Source: Hormiphora californensis (Eukaryota > Animalia > Ctenophora). Taken from it: DNA of 64,000 bases. Each line of letters opens with the position of its first letter. The stretch's first letter is position 1. The position numbers and the translations under genes were made by a program. The DNA lies in assembly GCA_020137815.1 (NCBI GenBank), contig CM035361.1, forward strand, positions 1,860,001-1,924,000. Reading direction: 5' to 3'. The notes under the pieces are model-generated. The model ran no database searches. It was not told the origin of the DNA and saw only the letters and a program-made list of their open reading frames with translations. Shown piece by piece: positions 26,801-36,952 of this stretch.

Positions 26801-29800
26801 CACTCCCATTTTCAACCCCTACTGGATTCTTTACAGCAGGAACTTTGCCTAGTGATGCTGCCCATACTTCTCTTTCATTCTCAACTCCCCCTGAGTTCAC
26901 CCCGACTCTCCCGGAGGATGAGAGAGAGCAAGAGCGGGAGGAGGGAGATACGGATAGGAATGGACAGAGTAGAAATAGTGTGGTGTTAGAATTGATATTG
27001 TTAGTGTGTACTTTAATTGTTTTGTGATCGTAGATCTTTTGTTTTTTTGAATTGGTCATGGTTCCCAAATGTTATTGCCCGTGGGAAATGTTTTCTCAGG
27101 CTGTTGTCTCCCTAGGAGACTCTAACAATCAATTTACAAGGCAAATGGTCAGACAGTCAATAGTTTTATAGTGTAGCAAGATCTAAAAGGTCGGTATATC
27201 TTCCTCTCATCTCCCATGTTTCAGGTGGAACAGACTCCAGCAGTTGACCAACAGAATGTTGAAGCAAGTAACGAGGCTGGACAGCCAACTAAAATTGTGG
27301 AAGAAACAGCAACAGCAACCTCACAAGAAACACCACTAGAAACACTACCACAGCAAGAAGAACCAAAACAGTACCTTTACGATTATTCAACATGGTTCCA
27401 AGAGGTCCAGGGACCGGATGGGATTACATACTACCAGGCTACCGATGGAAATGTAAGTCATGGACTATCGGTCACGTACCAGGTACTATATGTCACGTAC
27501 CAGGTACTATATGTCACGTACCAGGTACTATTATATGTCACGTACCAGGTACTATATGTCACGTACCAGGTACTATTATATGTCACGTACCAGGTACTAT
27601 ATGTCACGTACCAGGTACTTTAGGTCACGTACCAGGTACTATATGTCACGTACCAGGTACTATATGTCACGTACCAGGTACTATATGTCACGTACCAGGT
27701 ACTATATGTCACGTACCAGGTACTATATGTCACGTACCAGGTACTATAGTCTCATAAATAACTGCACTTTCCTAACCGGGCTTACGTCATTTATTAGTTT
27801 ATACAAGGGAAGATCCCGCACGTCACACAAAGTGTCATTCGCCATTCGCCTGGAATTATCCAGAATTATATATGTTTTAGCCCCTCCCCCCCCTCAAACT
27901 GAGACAGCAGTTTAAACAAAAAATAATAATTCGACTTCAAAACTTTTCAAATAAAAACAGTTTTTCACAATCCTATGCACTCTCTCTCTCAGCGATCCAT
28001 CGCCATTCTGACACGCTGTCCACACCTGTAGCTCTCTCTCCCGGGAGTACCCATCTCTTTCATTTCAACCCCATGCCCTGATTTCAAACTCCTCTCCAGC
28101 ATCTTCTCAGCTCAAACCGGCTCTTTATCCATACAAATACTGATTTTGGCAGTCACCCCTCCACTACCAGCCTTGCGAAGCGGGCTGGGTATAACATGAG
28201 AGGGGCTGGCATCACCAAATACTGATTAAAATGTCCGGGTATCTAGATGTCACCACCGATCTGGTTACATAGATCACTGTCACACTTAGTCAGATTATCC
28301 GGACTGATCTGAAATCGGGGGAGAGCTGTTAGTATGGCAAAACTCCGACCCTGGGCTACTTAGGAGTATCTAGCCCACAGTATAATACGTGTATTTGATG
28401 ATTTGAGACAATATCCTAACTTGGGATTCGAAATGTTAAACTATTACCTCCAAATTAGGGTGCTCCTTCATCAATACATTTATGAACTGTAGCACGTGAT
28501 CAATGGAATTGTTTGCCTTGTAGAAACAATCCGCGTACCTGGAAATTAGATTATAGAAGAGTTCAAGGAAGGAAAATGGGAGGAAATGCAACTTTTTAGA
28601 GCGCAAAAATTTCAACTCACCATCCGACGACAGTGATGTCCTTCCCTAGGGTTGCATCCGTATATACTGCACTCCCTACAATGTATCCACACTCCATAGC
28701 GGGCCTGAAAATTGGGAGTTTGATATGGTTACCATAACAACTACTCAATAGTTACCATAGCAACCACTCCATGGTTACCATAACAACCACTCCATGGTTA
28801 CCATAGCAACCACTCCATGGTTACCATAGTAAGTAGCAACCACTCAATAGTTACCATAGCAACCTCTATTACACATACCCACAGTAGCTGGTTGTGCTGG
28901 TATCACATGGTATAACAGGTAGATTGTAATTCTGCAGCTCTGCCTCGGATAGCCCCAGTAGGTTGATCCTTCCACACTGGTGATAACATTTCAGCCCGCT
29001 AGATGCTCTCGGTCCGTTGCACAGAAATCCTGTTTAAATGGTGCAGTGTTATTTAGAGAGGGATTTTTTACAATCAATATAGCTAGTACAGTGCAGTATG
29101 GGGGGGGGGGGCAGTATAGACTTAGTGCAAGTTCAGTATGAAAAAAGAAAACTGCGGCACTATTGCAAAGGAGAGAGGAAAATCCTGAATAATATTATAG
29201 AGGGAGTTACAATACTATCAGAGTGCTATGGGTTTATAAATGCAAGTTTATCATGGAAGACTCTGACCAATATAAACAGCGGCATATTGTTTGGGGGGGG
29301 GGGGTAGCCCCGTAAAGGGAGGGTTAGAACATAACAGGGGGGGAGGGGTACCTTGGCACTTTCTATCCAGCTTTACTCGGAGTGGCCGGAACAACTCTGC
29401 TGTGAAGCTATCGTACGCTGCTTTATCTTCAGTAATTGGATATCTCTCTTTCACATCCTGGAGGTAAGGGGGGTTTTGAGTAGGTTGAACAAGGGGCCGG
29501 GAGGGGGGGGTGTTGGGTAAGGTAAGGTTGAACAGGGGCCGGGGGGAGGGGAGGGGGTGTTGGGGGGGTTGAGTAGGTTGAACAGGGGCCGGGGAGGGGA
29601 GGGGTGTTGGGTAAGGTAAGGTTGAACAGGGGCCGGGGGGAGGGGAGGGGGTGTTGAGTAGGTTGAACAGGGGCCGGGGGGGAGGGGGTGTTGGGTAAGG
29701 TAAGGTTGAACAGGGGCCGGGGGGTGTGTTGGGTAAGGTAAGGTTGAGTAGGTTGAACAGGGGCCGGGGGGAGGGGTGTTGGGTAAGGTAAGGTTGAACA

Positions 29801-31244
29801 CGGGCCGGGTCCGGGTGAGGGAGGGGTTGTTGATGGTTGAACAGGGGGCCGAGTTGCGCTTTGGCGGGTGTTTTTCGTTAAGGTTGAACAGGGCCGGGGT
29901 TTTTTGTAAGGTCAGGTTTGGTAGGTTGAACAGGGGCCGGGGGAGGGGAGGGGGTGTGGAGTAAGGTTCAACAGGGGGTGGGGGGTGTTGGGTAAGGTAA
30001 GGTTGAGTAGGTTGAACAGGGGGTGTGGGAAAGGGTAGGTACTACTAGTCTCTAGTTATCGGGTGTGGGTATAAATGTTGTCAAGCTGGTACATTACCAG
30101 TGGTAGTTAGCCCAATATATAACTTACCATAAGACATTGTCCCTTAGCTTTTCCAAAACAGAATTCGTCACTCGTGTAAACCCTTTCCCTGCACGTGGCC
30201 TGATTAGGGAATTATGTTACATCTCGATGTAATGATCCAGGATCCTTAAACATGGTCCCTTGGTATCATACGTTGGATGACACGAGTGTATCTGTTTATG
30301 AACTAGAGCTACCTTTACAAAAACAGGTTCTATATCTTCCCGGACATGAAAATTGGATGTTTATTATATGTTAATGCAGCTGCAACAATCATTAGATTGT
30401 TAGATTATCCTGCCTGCGTGGTGTTCATGAAAAATGTGCATAATGATCTTTATGAGACACAAAAAGACGCCGACACTGATTTATTGTCTAAAGGGGGGCT
30501 GAGAAATATCCTGGAAGCTAGAGATAGACCCATAGATTGGGCATTACGGGGAATTTAGTAACTAGGGCTGCTCTTGGAGAATTCATTGGGGAATGTGAGG
30601 AATCTTCCCGATTATATTTGTATAGAGAAGTTAATAACTGGTGTTTAAATTAGTTGACCTGATCACGAGATTTAGAAACCATTTGTTATTGGAGTTGAAA
30701 ATCAAAAACATTTCACAATAAAACAACGAGAATACCTCTTCAATATCTTGATAGGTTGATTCAGAACAGGGTATGAGATACCCCAACCGCTTTAGACCAC
30801 GTTCATGCTGCTTAAACAACTGCTTATCTCCAACTTTAAATGTTACTTCACGGCATCTGTCAAAAAAACAAGGTGGATTCAAGAGTTGACACCTAATATA
30901 AAGTTATGGATCATTCATGAAGGGAGGAAAACAATATTGCGAAAAGAAAAGGGATATCAATTGAAAAAGTAGTTACCTGTAGCATCTGTTGGCAAGAGAT
31001 AACTCAAGGAGACTAACACAAAGAAAAAGAAACAACCTTTGCATTTTCATTGCCTGAGAAATTTAAACTGCTTAGAACCTTAATGAAATCCCTCAACAAT
31101 GGAATTTTAGTAGCCTAAACCTATTTAGAATGGAGGAGACGGAAAAAGGTTATGGTAGGTTTTAGGATCAGGCTAGGCTTAGCTAATAAAATCAGGGACA
31201 CGCGTGTCTCTCACGTGGAGCATGAGATTCTCTCTCTCTCTCCT

Positions 31245-31288
<44 letters not shown>

Positions 31289-31351
31289 TTTCTCTCTCTC
31301 CCCTCTCTCTCTCTCCTCTCTCTTCTCTCTCTCTCTCATCTCTCTCTCTCC

Positions 31352-31383
<32 letters not shown>

Positions 31384-31405
31384 CCTCTCCTCTCTCTCTC
31401 TCTCC

Positions 31406-31462
<57 letters not shown>

Positions 31463-31510
31463 CTCTCTCTCTCCTCTCTCCCCTCTTTCTCTCTCTCCCT
31501 CTCTCCTCTC

Positions 31511-31543
<33 letters not shown>

Positions 31544-34113
31544 TTCTCCTCTCTCCTCTTCATTGGCTCTAACTAAAGCTATGACTCACTTTCCGCTGGA
31601 TCCTCATATATTTTGTATAACTACTCCTTCTCTCTATAATTTTACCCCTCTCTCCCTCTTATTCCTCTCCCCCTCTCTTTCTCCCAGGCAAATATTATTT
31701 CCCCGTATTATGGCTTCCCCATATTCAATTGGGGCAAATTTGGGAGGGGAGGGTAGAGCGTCTAAATCTTTTTAGACGCGGGGGAATACGCCTGGGATAG
31801 AGAGGGTAATCTACCTCCTAATGAATCAGGGTATCATGGGGGTGAGAAGACAATGAGGAGAGGATTGTAAATTACCATGCTTCATTATATGTCTATCATA
31901 TATAATATTCTAGATCAAAGGTTTCGGAATATAGGTAGAAGATGGGATGACTTATAACCTTACATCCGGGGGCCAACCCCTCCCGCTGCACCCACCCAAA
32001 ATAACTATGGATTTAACGACCTATCTTCCGGCCGGGCACTAACTAAGGCGGGACAAACCCCCGCCCTGAAATCTAGAATTCTTGATCTAGCCTTTTCGTC
32101 CAGCTCACATGAATATACCCTTCTCCCTTCTCTCAGGTGTATACAACTACGAACAGTATTTGTACCTTATCGACCAGTACGATGCGTATTATCGGGCACA
32201 GCAACAGGCAACAGGTGGGAACAGAGGAACAGGAACAGGAACAGGTGGGAACAGAGGAACAAGTGGGAACAGAGGAACAAGTGGGAACAGAGGAACAAGT
32301 GGGAACAGAGGAACAAAGCCAGGAACAGATTCAGGAACAATCTGAGAAGGAAGAAGTTGAGCAGGAATCAGAACAACAAGAGCAGACTCCTGTTATAGCT
32401 GGTGTAGATCTTGCTTCACTTCAGGTTAATTGAGTGTATTTTACCCGATGTATGAATCTACCCCTTAGATTTTAGAGTATTAAAGTAAGATTAATCATCA
32501 AAATCATAGGGGTAACATCATACCTCTCTCGGTAGATAAGAATAATTACACTAATTACTAGTTACTAATTACCGATTACTAATTGATGATCCTCCAGGGA
32601 GAAGTAGAGGCACTCAGAGAATTGAACTCCAAGTTGACAGCTGAGATAGAAGATAAAAATGTGGTGATCAGAGGTCTGGAGACGAGGGTGGCTGAACTTG
32701 AGACGGAACCCAAATTAGGACGCCAATTATCTCACCAGCTCAGCAAGGTAAACTACTTGGGTTTTGACAGGAATCGACCGAATCAGGAAATACTGGTCCC
32801 TGATTGGCTGATAACCAGTCACGTGACCTAAATAACGAGTTCTGATTGGTTGTTTACTTGTGTCGGTCGGTTCCTAGGTTTTTATAACAGGAGAACAGCA
32901 CGCTCACTGCATGCAGATCAGGACTGCTACCGGGCCAAGAGAACAACACGCTCTGTGAGAGTTCGATAGATCAAGGATTCACGTACTCCTAAAACCAGTA
33001 TTGACTTCTCAAGTGAACTCCTATTTTTGATATAATATCCTAAATCTATTTCCAATTTCCAATTCCATATCTTTCAGAGTGAGATGAGAACAGAGGTGAT
33101 AGAGCGTGAAACAGCCACATTGACACGCTCCGAAATGAACACAGTTGCCGTTGATTGTACCGTTAGTGATGTAACGGGTGATTCTGGTGATGTCACGCGT
33201 GATTCTGGTGATGTAACGCGTGATTCTGGTGATGTCACGGGTTATTCTGGCAAAACATCAAGAACAGACGATGAGTCAACTGCGGAGATGTCCGATCGGG
33301 ATTCGTACAAGGTATGAAGTCGTTTAGGGGTTGAATTCTCCCTACTCCGTGATGTTTAGTGTCGGGTCCCATTGGGGACTAAACATTCGTATATTGGGGA
33401 CTCCCCAAGCGCCCTTGGCTTATTCGACCCTCTGTCACCGCACCCCGGTAGAAGAGGGTTAAAACATAACAACGCAAGCCCCACGGTGTGTTATTATGTT
33501 CCTCCCACATTTCTCTATATTATCACTTCCCAGGACAAGTACGAGAGTCTGGCAGCGGAACAGGAGGATCTACTGATACTACTGGCACATCAGGATAAGG
33601 ATATAACGGCACTCAAAGAAAGGTTTGCACCATCGTTAAACGTTAAAATTTATCGAAAACCTAAAATCAAAATATCATGAGGCTGTCAGGCCAATGTTCT
33701 GACATTGATGAGGAGAGTAGAAATAAGAACCTTTGATTACTCCCCCAATATTGGAACGAAACCCTCTAACCGACAATCCCTCATGCAGTTTATCCTAACG
33801 CCCCCTCCCACCTCCCTAGATTGAGATCCCTTGGAGAAGTGATTAACACTTCCTCACTGCCCCCGTATCTGTCCCCGTATCTGTCCCTCTAAACCCTCTC
33901 CCCAGGTTGAGATCCCTTGGAGAAGTGATTAACTCTTCCTCAATTCCCCCCTATCTGTCCCTCTAACCCCCCTCCCCCCTCTGCAGGTTGAGATCCCTTG
34001 GAGAAGTCATTAACTCTTCCTCAAGTGACGATGACGACGATGATTTTGATGATTTATTGGATGTCGATCTCCCTGAGACATCAGAACTAACTACTGATGG
34101 ACGGTTACAATAA
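6394..34113 (+). CDS. USO1: General vesicular transport factor p115 (USO1), about 28 coding exons
   Basis: Exons: 6394-6459, 6614-6700, 6832-6958, 7222-7316, 7557-7715, 7917-7964, 10239-10396, 10583-10715, 10872-10954, 11094-11200, 11348-11521, 11678-11799, 12110-12199, 12383-12518, 20613-20712, 20887-21062, 21957-22044, 22177-22255, 22419-22501, 23351-23476, 24343-24484, 24563-25051, 27225-27452, 32137-32424, 32598-32747, 33078-33311, 33534-33622, 33987-34113. They join in frame to give MSFLRGF..IERLCDRLETATLLDDRRDAIRALKSLSK, KIVAFENAFE, a coiled coil, EQEDLLILLAHQD and an acidic tail. Confidence 0.95.
6514..6554 (+). mobile_element. Very short interspersed element (GCCTxGCTAGAC...GGGTTAGAACATAACAA family)
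   Basis: Flanked by the 10-bp direct repeat ACCTGGCCTT. Related copies near 7070, 8280, 12030(-), 17455(-), 21125, 29312, 33415 and 51772(-). Confidence 0.6.
8187..8804 (-). CDS. Small secreted 8-cysteine peptide (about 81 aa), nested antisense in a USO1 intron
   Basis: Exons 8750-8804 (MFCVLRSILLFALIPSAK, signal-like), 8402-8587 (GYCPSSHPYAYLNGEYCC...GCNGG..SQCC..ECPTKPC) and probably 8187-8191 (E-stop). Phases are compatible. Confidence 0.75.
12538..12630 (+). mobile_element. MITE, family B (AGGAACCGACCGA termini; CCAAT and CACGTG internal motifs), truncated copy
   Basis: Near-identical to the copies at 32769-32875, 54532-54631 and 57562-57680. Confidence 0.8.
12686..12857. mobile_element. 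MITE, family A
   Basis: TA|CAGTCGGACCCCGATTTAGG ... CCTAAATCGGGGCCCGACTG|TA. Confidence 0.85.
12957..15831 (-). CDS. Rhodopsin-class (class A) orphan GPCR, nested antisense in a USO1 intron
   Basis: About 10 exons: MNATDLF (N-glycosylation), TM1 ..LVGN..AIKLD, TM2 IQNLAVTD, WVLGEFLC, TM3 ..INKLYR, TM4, ECL2 Cys, TM5 VVPS, TM6 CNMPY, TM7 NPYIY..NKRFR, then a long C-tail ending at 12957. Confidence 0.9.
16215..16340. repeat. (CT)n microsatellite
   Basis: Direct inspection. Confidence 0.9.
18900..19938 (+). repeat. Purine-rich minisatellite, 25-bp core GGGAGATGGCAGGGAGGTAGGGAG(A/G)
   Basis: More than 20 tandem units. The three overlapping Pro/Ser/Leu ORFs here are artefacts of the repeat. Confidence 0.95.
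21126..21262 (+). repeat. 36-bp tandem repeat (about 4 units) built from the 3' end of the short interspersed element
   Basis: GTAAAGGAGGGTTAGAACATAACAAAGATAGGACGG x ~4. Confidence 0.9.
26167..27027 (+). CDS. Single-exon secreted or GPI-anchored low-complexity (mucin-like) protein, nested on the same strand in a USO1 intron
   Basis: 286-aa ORF with a hydrophobic N-terminus, PRDGG repeats, a Thr/Pro/acidic stalk and a hydrophobic C-terminus (VVLELILLVCTLIVL). A 3' splice acceptor lies 1 nt before the ATG. Confidence 0.7.
   Translation: MPAPRRMLCFILVFIFLHTATPSTNSEPVPSTSSESDGPPANRGRSSQVPRDGGTSIPALPCDGGTSSPALPRDGERVRNSDGVPRGKSSDREQSDDHGDGLYLPDRSRRWGNIGSSEEDVTTSSRDVTTSSSDVIDAPPREDEYYLLVNKGRRRPGKLGGGEDIYRGEDAAMKTKTTDEDVPTEDGSESEKVTENVSQPPTTTEAAAVTQSLPFSTPTGFFTAGTLPSDAAHTSLSFSTPPEFTPTLPEDEREQEREEGDTDRNGQSRNSVVLELILLVCTLIVL
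27470..27748. repeat. 21-bp tandem repeat (GTCACGTACCAGGTACTATAT) just inside the USO1 donor
   Basis: About 13 units. Confidence 0.95.
28243..31050 (-). CDS. Secreted protein with two tandem Ly6/uPAR (three-finger)-like domains, 254 aa, nested antisense in a USO1 intron
   Basis: Exons 30977-31050, 30736-30856, 30128-30199, 29352-29457, 28879-29029, 28621-28704, 28448-28538 and 28243-28308 join in frame: signal peptide, NRCYRC...KCQGFLCN, LKCYHQC...KCDSDLCN-QIGGDI*. Confidence 0.8.
28728..28863. repeat. About 23-bp tandem repeat containing GTTACCATAGCAAC (RFX X-box-like)
   Basis: About 6 units, in an intron of the LU-domain gene. Confidence 0.8.
29462..30030. repeat. G-rich minisatellite (GGGTAAGGTAAGGTTGAACAGGGGCCGGGG)
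   Basis: Multiple degenerate tandem units. Confidence 0.9.
31228..31560. repeat. (CT)-rich microsatellite
   Basis: Direct inspection. Confidence 0.95.
32769..32875 (+). mobile_element. MITE, family B, full copy
   Basis: AGGAATCGACCGA ... TCGGTCGGTTCCT terminal inverted repeats. Confidence 0.85.
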
Positions 34114-34920
34114 TAAACCGGGATAACAGACTTTATAGAGTGGTCTCAAAGGGGATTTGATAGTTTATATCGACTAAAGACTCGAATCTATAAATATAAT
34201 CGTCCCTAATTGAGTCTTGAGATTTTGGAGGGCTTTTCTTTACCTATTTTGATCACGGAGTGTACCATGTTTCTTATTTTGTTAAGAGCTGGACTTTACC
34301 AATCCTTATTTTACAGTCGACTTTGAGAATTGAGATTAGGAATTTATGAATGAGAGATAATCTTTGACAATGATATAAAAAGCTTGAAAATATGTTTATA
34401 GCTTATTGGGGATCATTGAAACATTTATTCAGTGTGGTTTCTTGGCTCTATCTGGAAATCTTTTTGATGTAATAGTAATATTTCGTGTGGAGTGATGTGA
34501 GCTTGTTTTTCTCAGGAAGTTTTTTGAAACAAAAAACCAAAGTTGTCTTAATTTTCCGGAAGATAAAATAAATTATAAAAGGATTAACAATACAAGATGG
34601 ATTGGAAACTATATTAGTATGCAATGGATTTCGATTGTTGGGCACAGTCAAACCTCGCCTTACCAGACTCCTCAAGGGAAGGGTTTGGCACGGTAAATCG
34701 AGGTGCATTCCCACACGGTGTGTTTTAAAATTCCCACGGTCTGTGTACGCGCGCCAAAATAGGGGTCATTAGTTCTGTCTGATGTCTGCGCGCCCTACAA
34801 ACATGACACTTGACAAGCAATTATTTTGTGACAGTGTGACAAGGTTGTGTCATCAGTCACACTGCGATTCCCGGTCTCCCGGACTATTTCAAACCCCATA
34901 TGGTGATCACGCGGTATACT

Positions 34921-36165
34921 CTACACAGTCTGCTCAATAAGCTGTCCTCCACTCAATGCCTCTGTGTGCCTGGTGTATCCAGCTCTGCTTCTCCTCCCCA
35001 TCACAAAGTAGGCTACTCCAGCAAACAGAGAGGTCGTGGCTACCCCTGCAATGACGCACCACACGTACCAGAAATGTTGAGGTGTGGTTGGGGAAGTTGA
35101 GTTGTCGTGGATATGTCGACGACGGGAACTTTCATCAACATCGTAGTTCGGGTTTTCGGCGTTGTCGTTGAGCTCAGTTGATTCAGAGAAAACAGAGTCA
35201 ATCTCAGGATATTCGATCTTAGTAGATTCGGTCTTACCAGACTCAATATCAGCCAGTTTAGTCTCATCCGCGGATTCAGTATCAAACGAGTCGATTTCAG
35301 TAGATTCAGTTTCAGAAGCATCTTCTTGATCTTCAGAATAGTAAAATCCTGGTTTGGTTCGATTCGATTTTGGTATGCCATATTCGTCAAAATCTTCAAA
35401 ATCTTCGAAATCTTCAAATCTTGCGTCTTCTGGTTTGGTCCGGTTGAAGTCAAATGCGTCTTGATCTTCAAAATCTTCAAAATCTTCAAATCCTGTGTCT
35501 TCTGGTTTGGTTTGATTGAAGTCAAATGCGTCTTGATCTTCAAAATCTCCAAATTCTGCGTCTTCCGGTTTGGTTCGATTGGAGTTAGGTTCTCGATCTT
35601 CCTCCGTCATCTGACTGCTTCCAGATTCTTGAAACATGGTGTCATCACCCTGGTCAACTGCAGCACTGTCATCAGCTTCTTCATCGGCAGGGTTTTCTTC
35701 TGGCTTATCTTCTGGCTTATCTTCTGGCTCATCTTCTGGCTTATCTTCTGGCTTATCTTCTGGCTTATCTTCTGGCTTATCTTCAGGGTTATCTTCTGGC
35801 TTATCTTCTGGCTTATCTTCTGGCTTATCTTCTGAATCGTCTTCTGACTGGGCAGAATCGGCTTCTTCTGACTGAGCGGTATCGGACGAATCATCTGCCT
35901 CGTCCTTATCTTTACCATCGTTCGTAGCTTCACCAGCAATGTCAGCATTGTCTTCTGATGGAATGCTATCCACCTCATCAAGCAGATCTTCCTTCCCTTC
36001 CCCGGCCTGCCCCCCTCCCTCCTGCTTGTACTGCGTCACGGCACTCTTCATATTAGAATTTAGGGTTTTGAAAAGCTCACTCGGTGTAAGTGCCTCTGCC
36101 TCTGCTGCCACCTGCATGCTGTGCAGGCTTAGTAGAATAATGGCAACCGTAGGTAGTAGTCTCAT
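34921..36165 (-). CDS. Single-exon acidic type-I membrane protein with EDKP and FEDFED repeats
   Basis: 414-aa ORF with a signal peptide, a very acidic ectodomain, a TM segment (FWYVWCVIAGVATTSLFAGVAYFVM) followed by GRRSR, and a short tail. Confidence 0.8.
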   Translation of the reverse strand: MRLLPTVAIILLSLHSMQVAAEAEALTPSELFKTLNSNMKSAVTQYKQEGGGQAGEGKEDLLDEVDSIPSEDNADIAGEATNDGKDKDEADDSSDTAQSEEADSAQSEDDSEDKPEDKPEDKPEDNPEDKPEDKPEDKPEDKPEDEPEDKPEDKPEENPADEEADDSAAVDQGDDTMFQESGSSQMTEEDREPNSNRTKPEDAEFGDFEDQDAFDFNQTKPEDTGFEDFEDFEDQDAFDFNRTKPEDARFEDFEDFEDFDEYGIPKSNRTKPGFYYSEDQEDASETESTEIDSFDTESADETKLADIESGKTESTKIEYPEIDSVFSESTELNDNAENPNYDVDESSRRRHIHDNSTSPTTPQHFWYVWCVIAGVATTSLFAGVAYFVMGRRSRAGYTRHTEALSGGQLIEQTV

Positions 36166-36393
36166 CTTGCATAGCTATATAACGGTGATAAGGGGAGTCA
36201 AGGCGAGAATTGAGATTACTAGAATAGGCCTCGGAATTTATGTAATAGTGAGCAAAGAGTTATCAAAAGTCAGGGAGGAATCAAAACATATCTAAAATAA
36301 TAATTATTGGAAATGACCTGTGTAGAGTTTGTATTGTGTACGATGTGAGCTCTTCATGGCTTGGTGTTAGGTCAGCCCAGGCCCCAGGGCTGG

Positions 36394-36537
<144 letters not shown>

Positions 36538-36952
36538 GATTATCATGTCTTGTTAACCGTGTCTTGTGGTATATCTTGTTGTACCATAATAATGGGCTTG
36601 CACAATATTGCGGTCGGATCTTGCATGTTGTATGATACAAATTGTAATCATGGCATGAACAATTGGACCACCATAGTAACTGGAGAAATTAATCTGTTAG
36701 GCATCGTAATTTTACAACCGAAACTCTGCATTATATGTGTATCAAATTGATTATATAAAAGCGCATGTCTTGAACTGCTGATGAAATTCCCGACACGCAT
36801 GTTTAATAAATTCTAGGTCACTTGCAAGTTCAACGATTCACCCTGTCCTGGATGAGTGCATTGCACATTGTGCAAGGGGTAGCAGTCTGTGTCTTCGCTA
36901 TAGCTATAACGCACGCATCATCAAACACACTCAACCACTCACTACATACAAA

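Noticed and set aside
27392-27915. CHVPGTI / MSRTRYY repeat ORFs and a CRISPR-like appearance
   Set aside because: A plain 21-bp tandem repeat starting after a strong donor; no spacers; eukaryotic context.
30200-30520. Additional exon(s) for the LU gene
   Set aside because: Candidate segments contain stops or would need an intron of about 21 nt; direct splicing already gives matching 8-Cys patterns.
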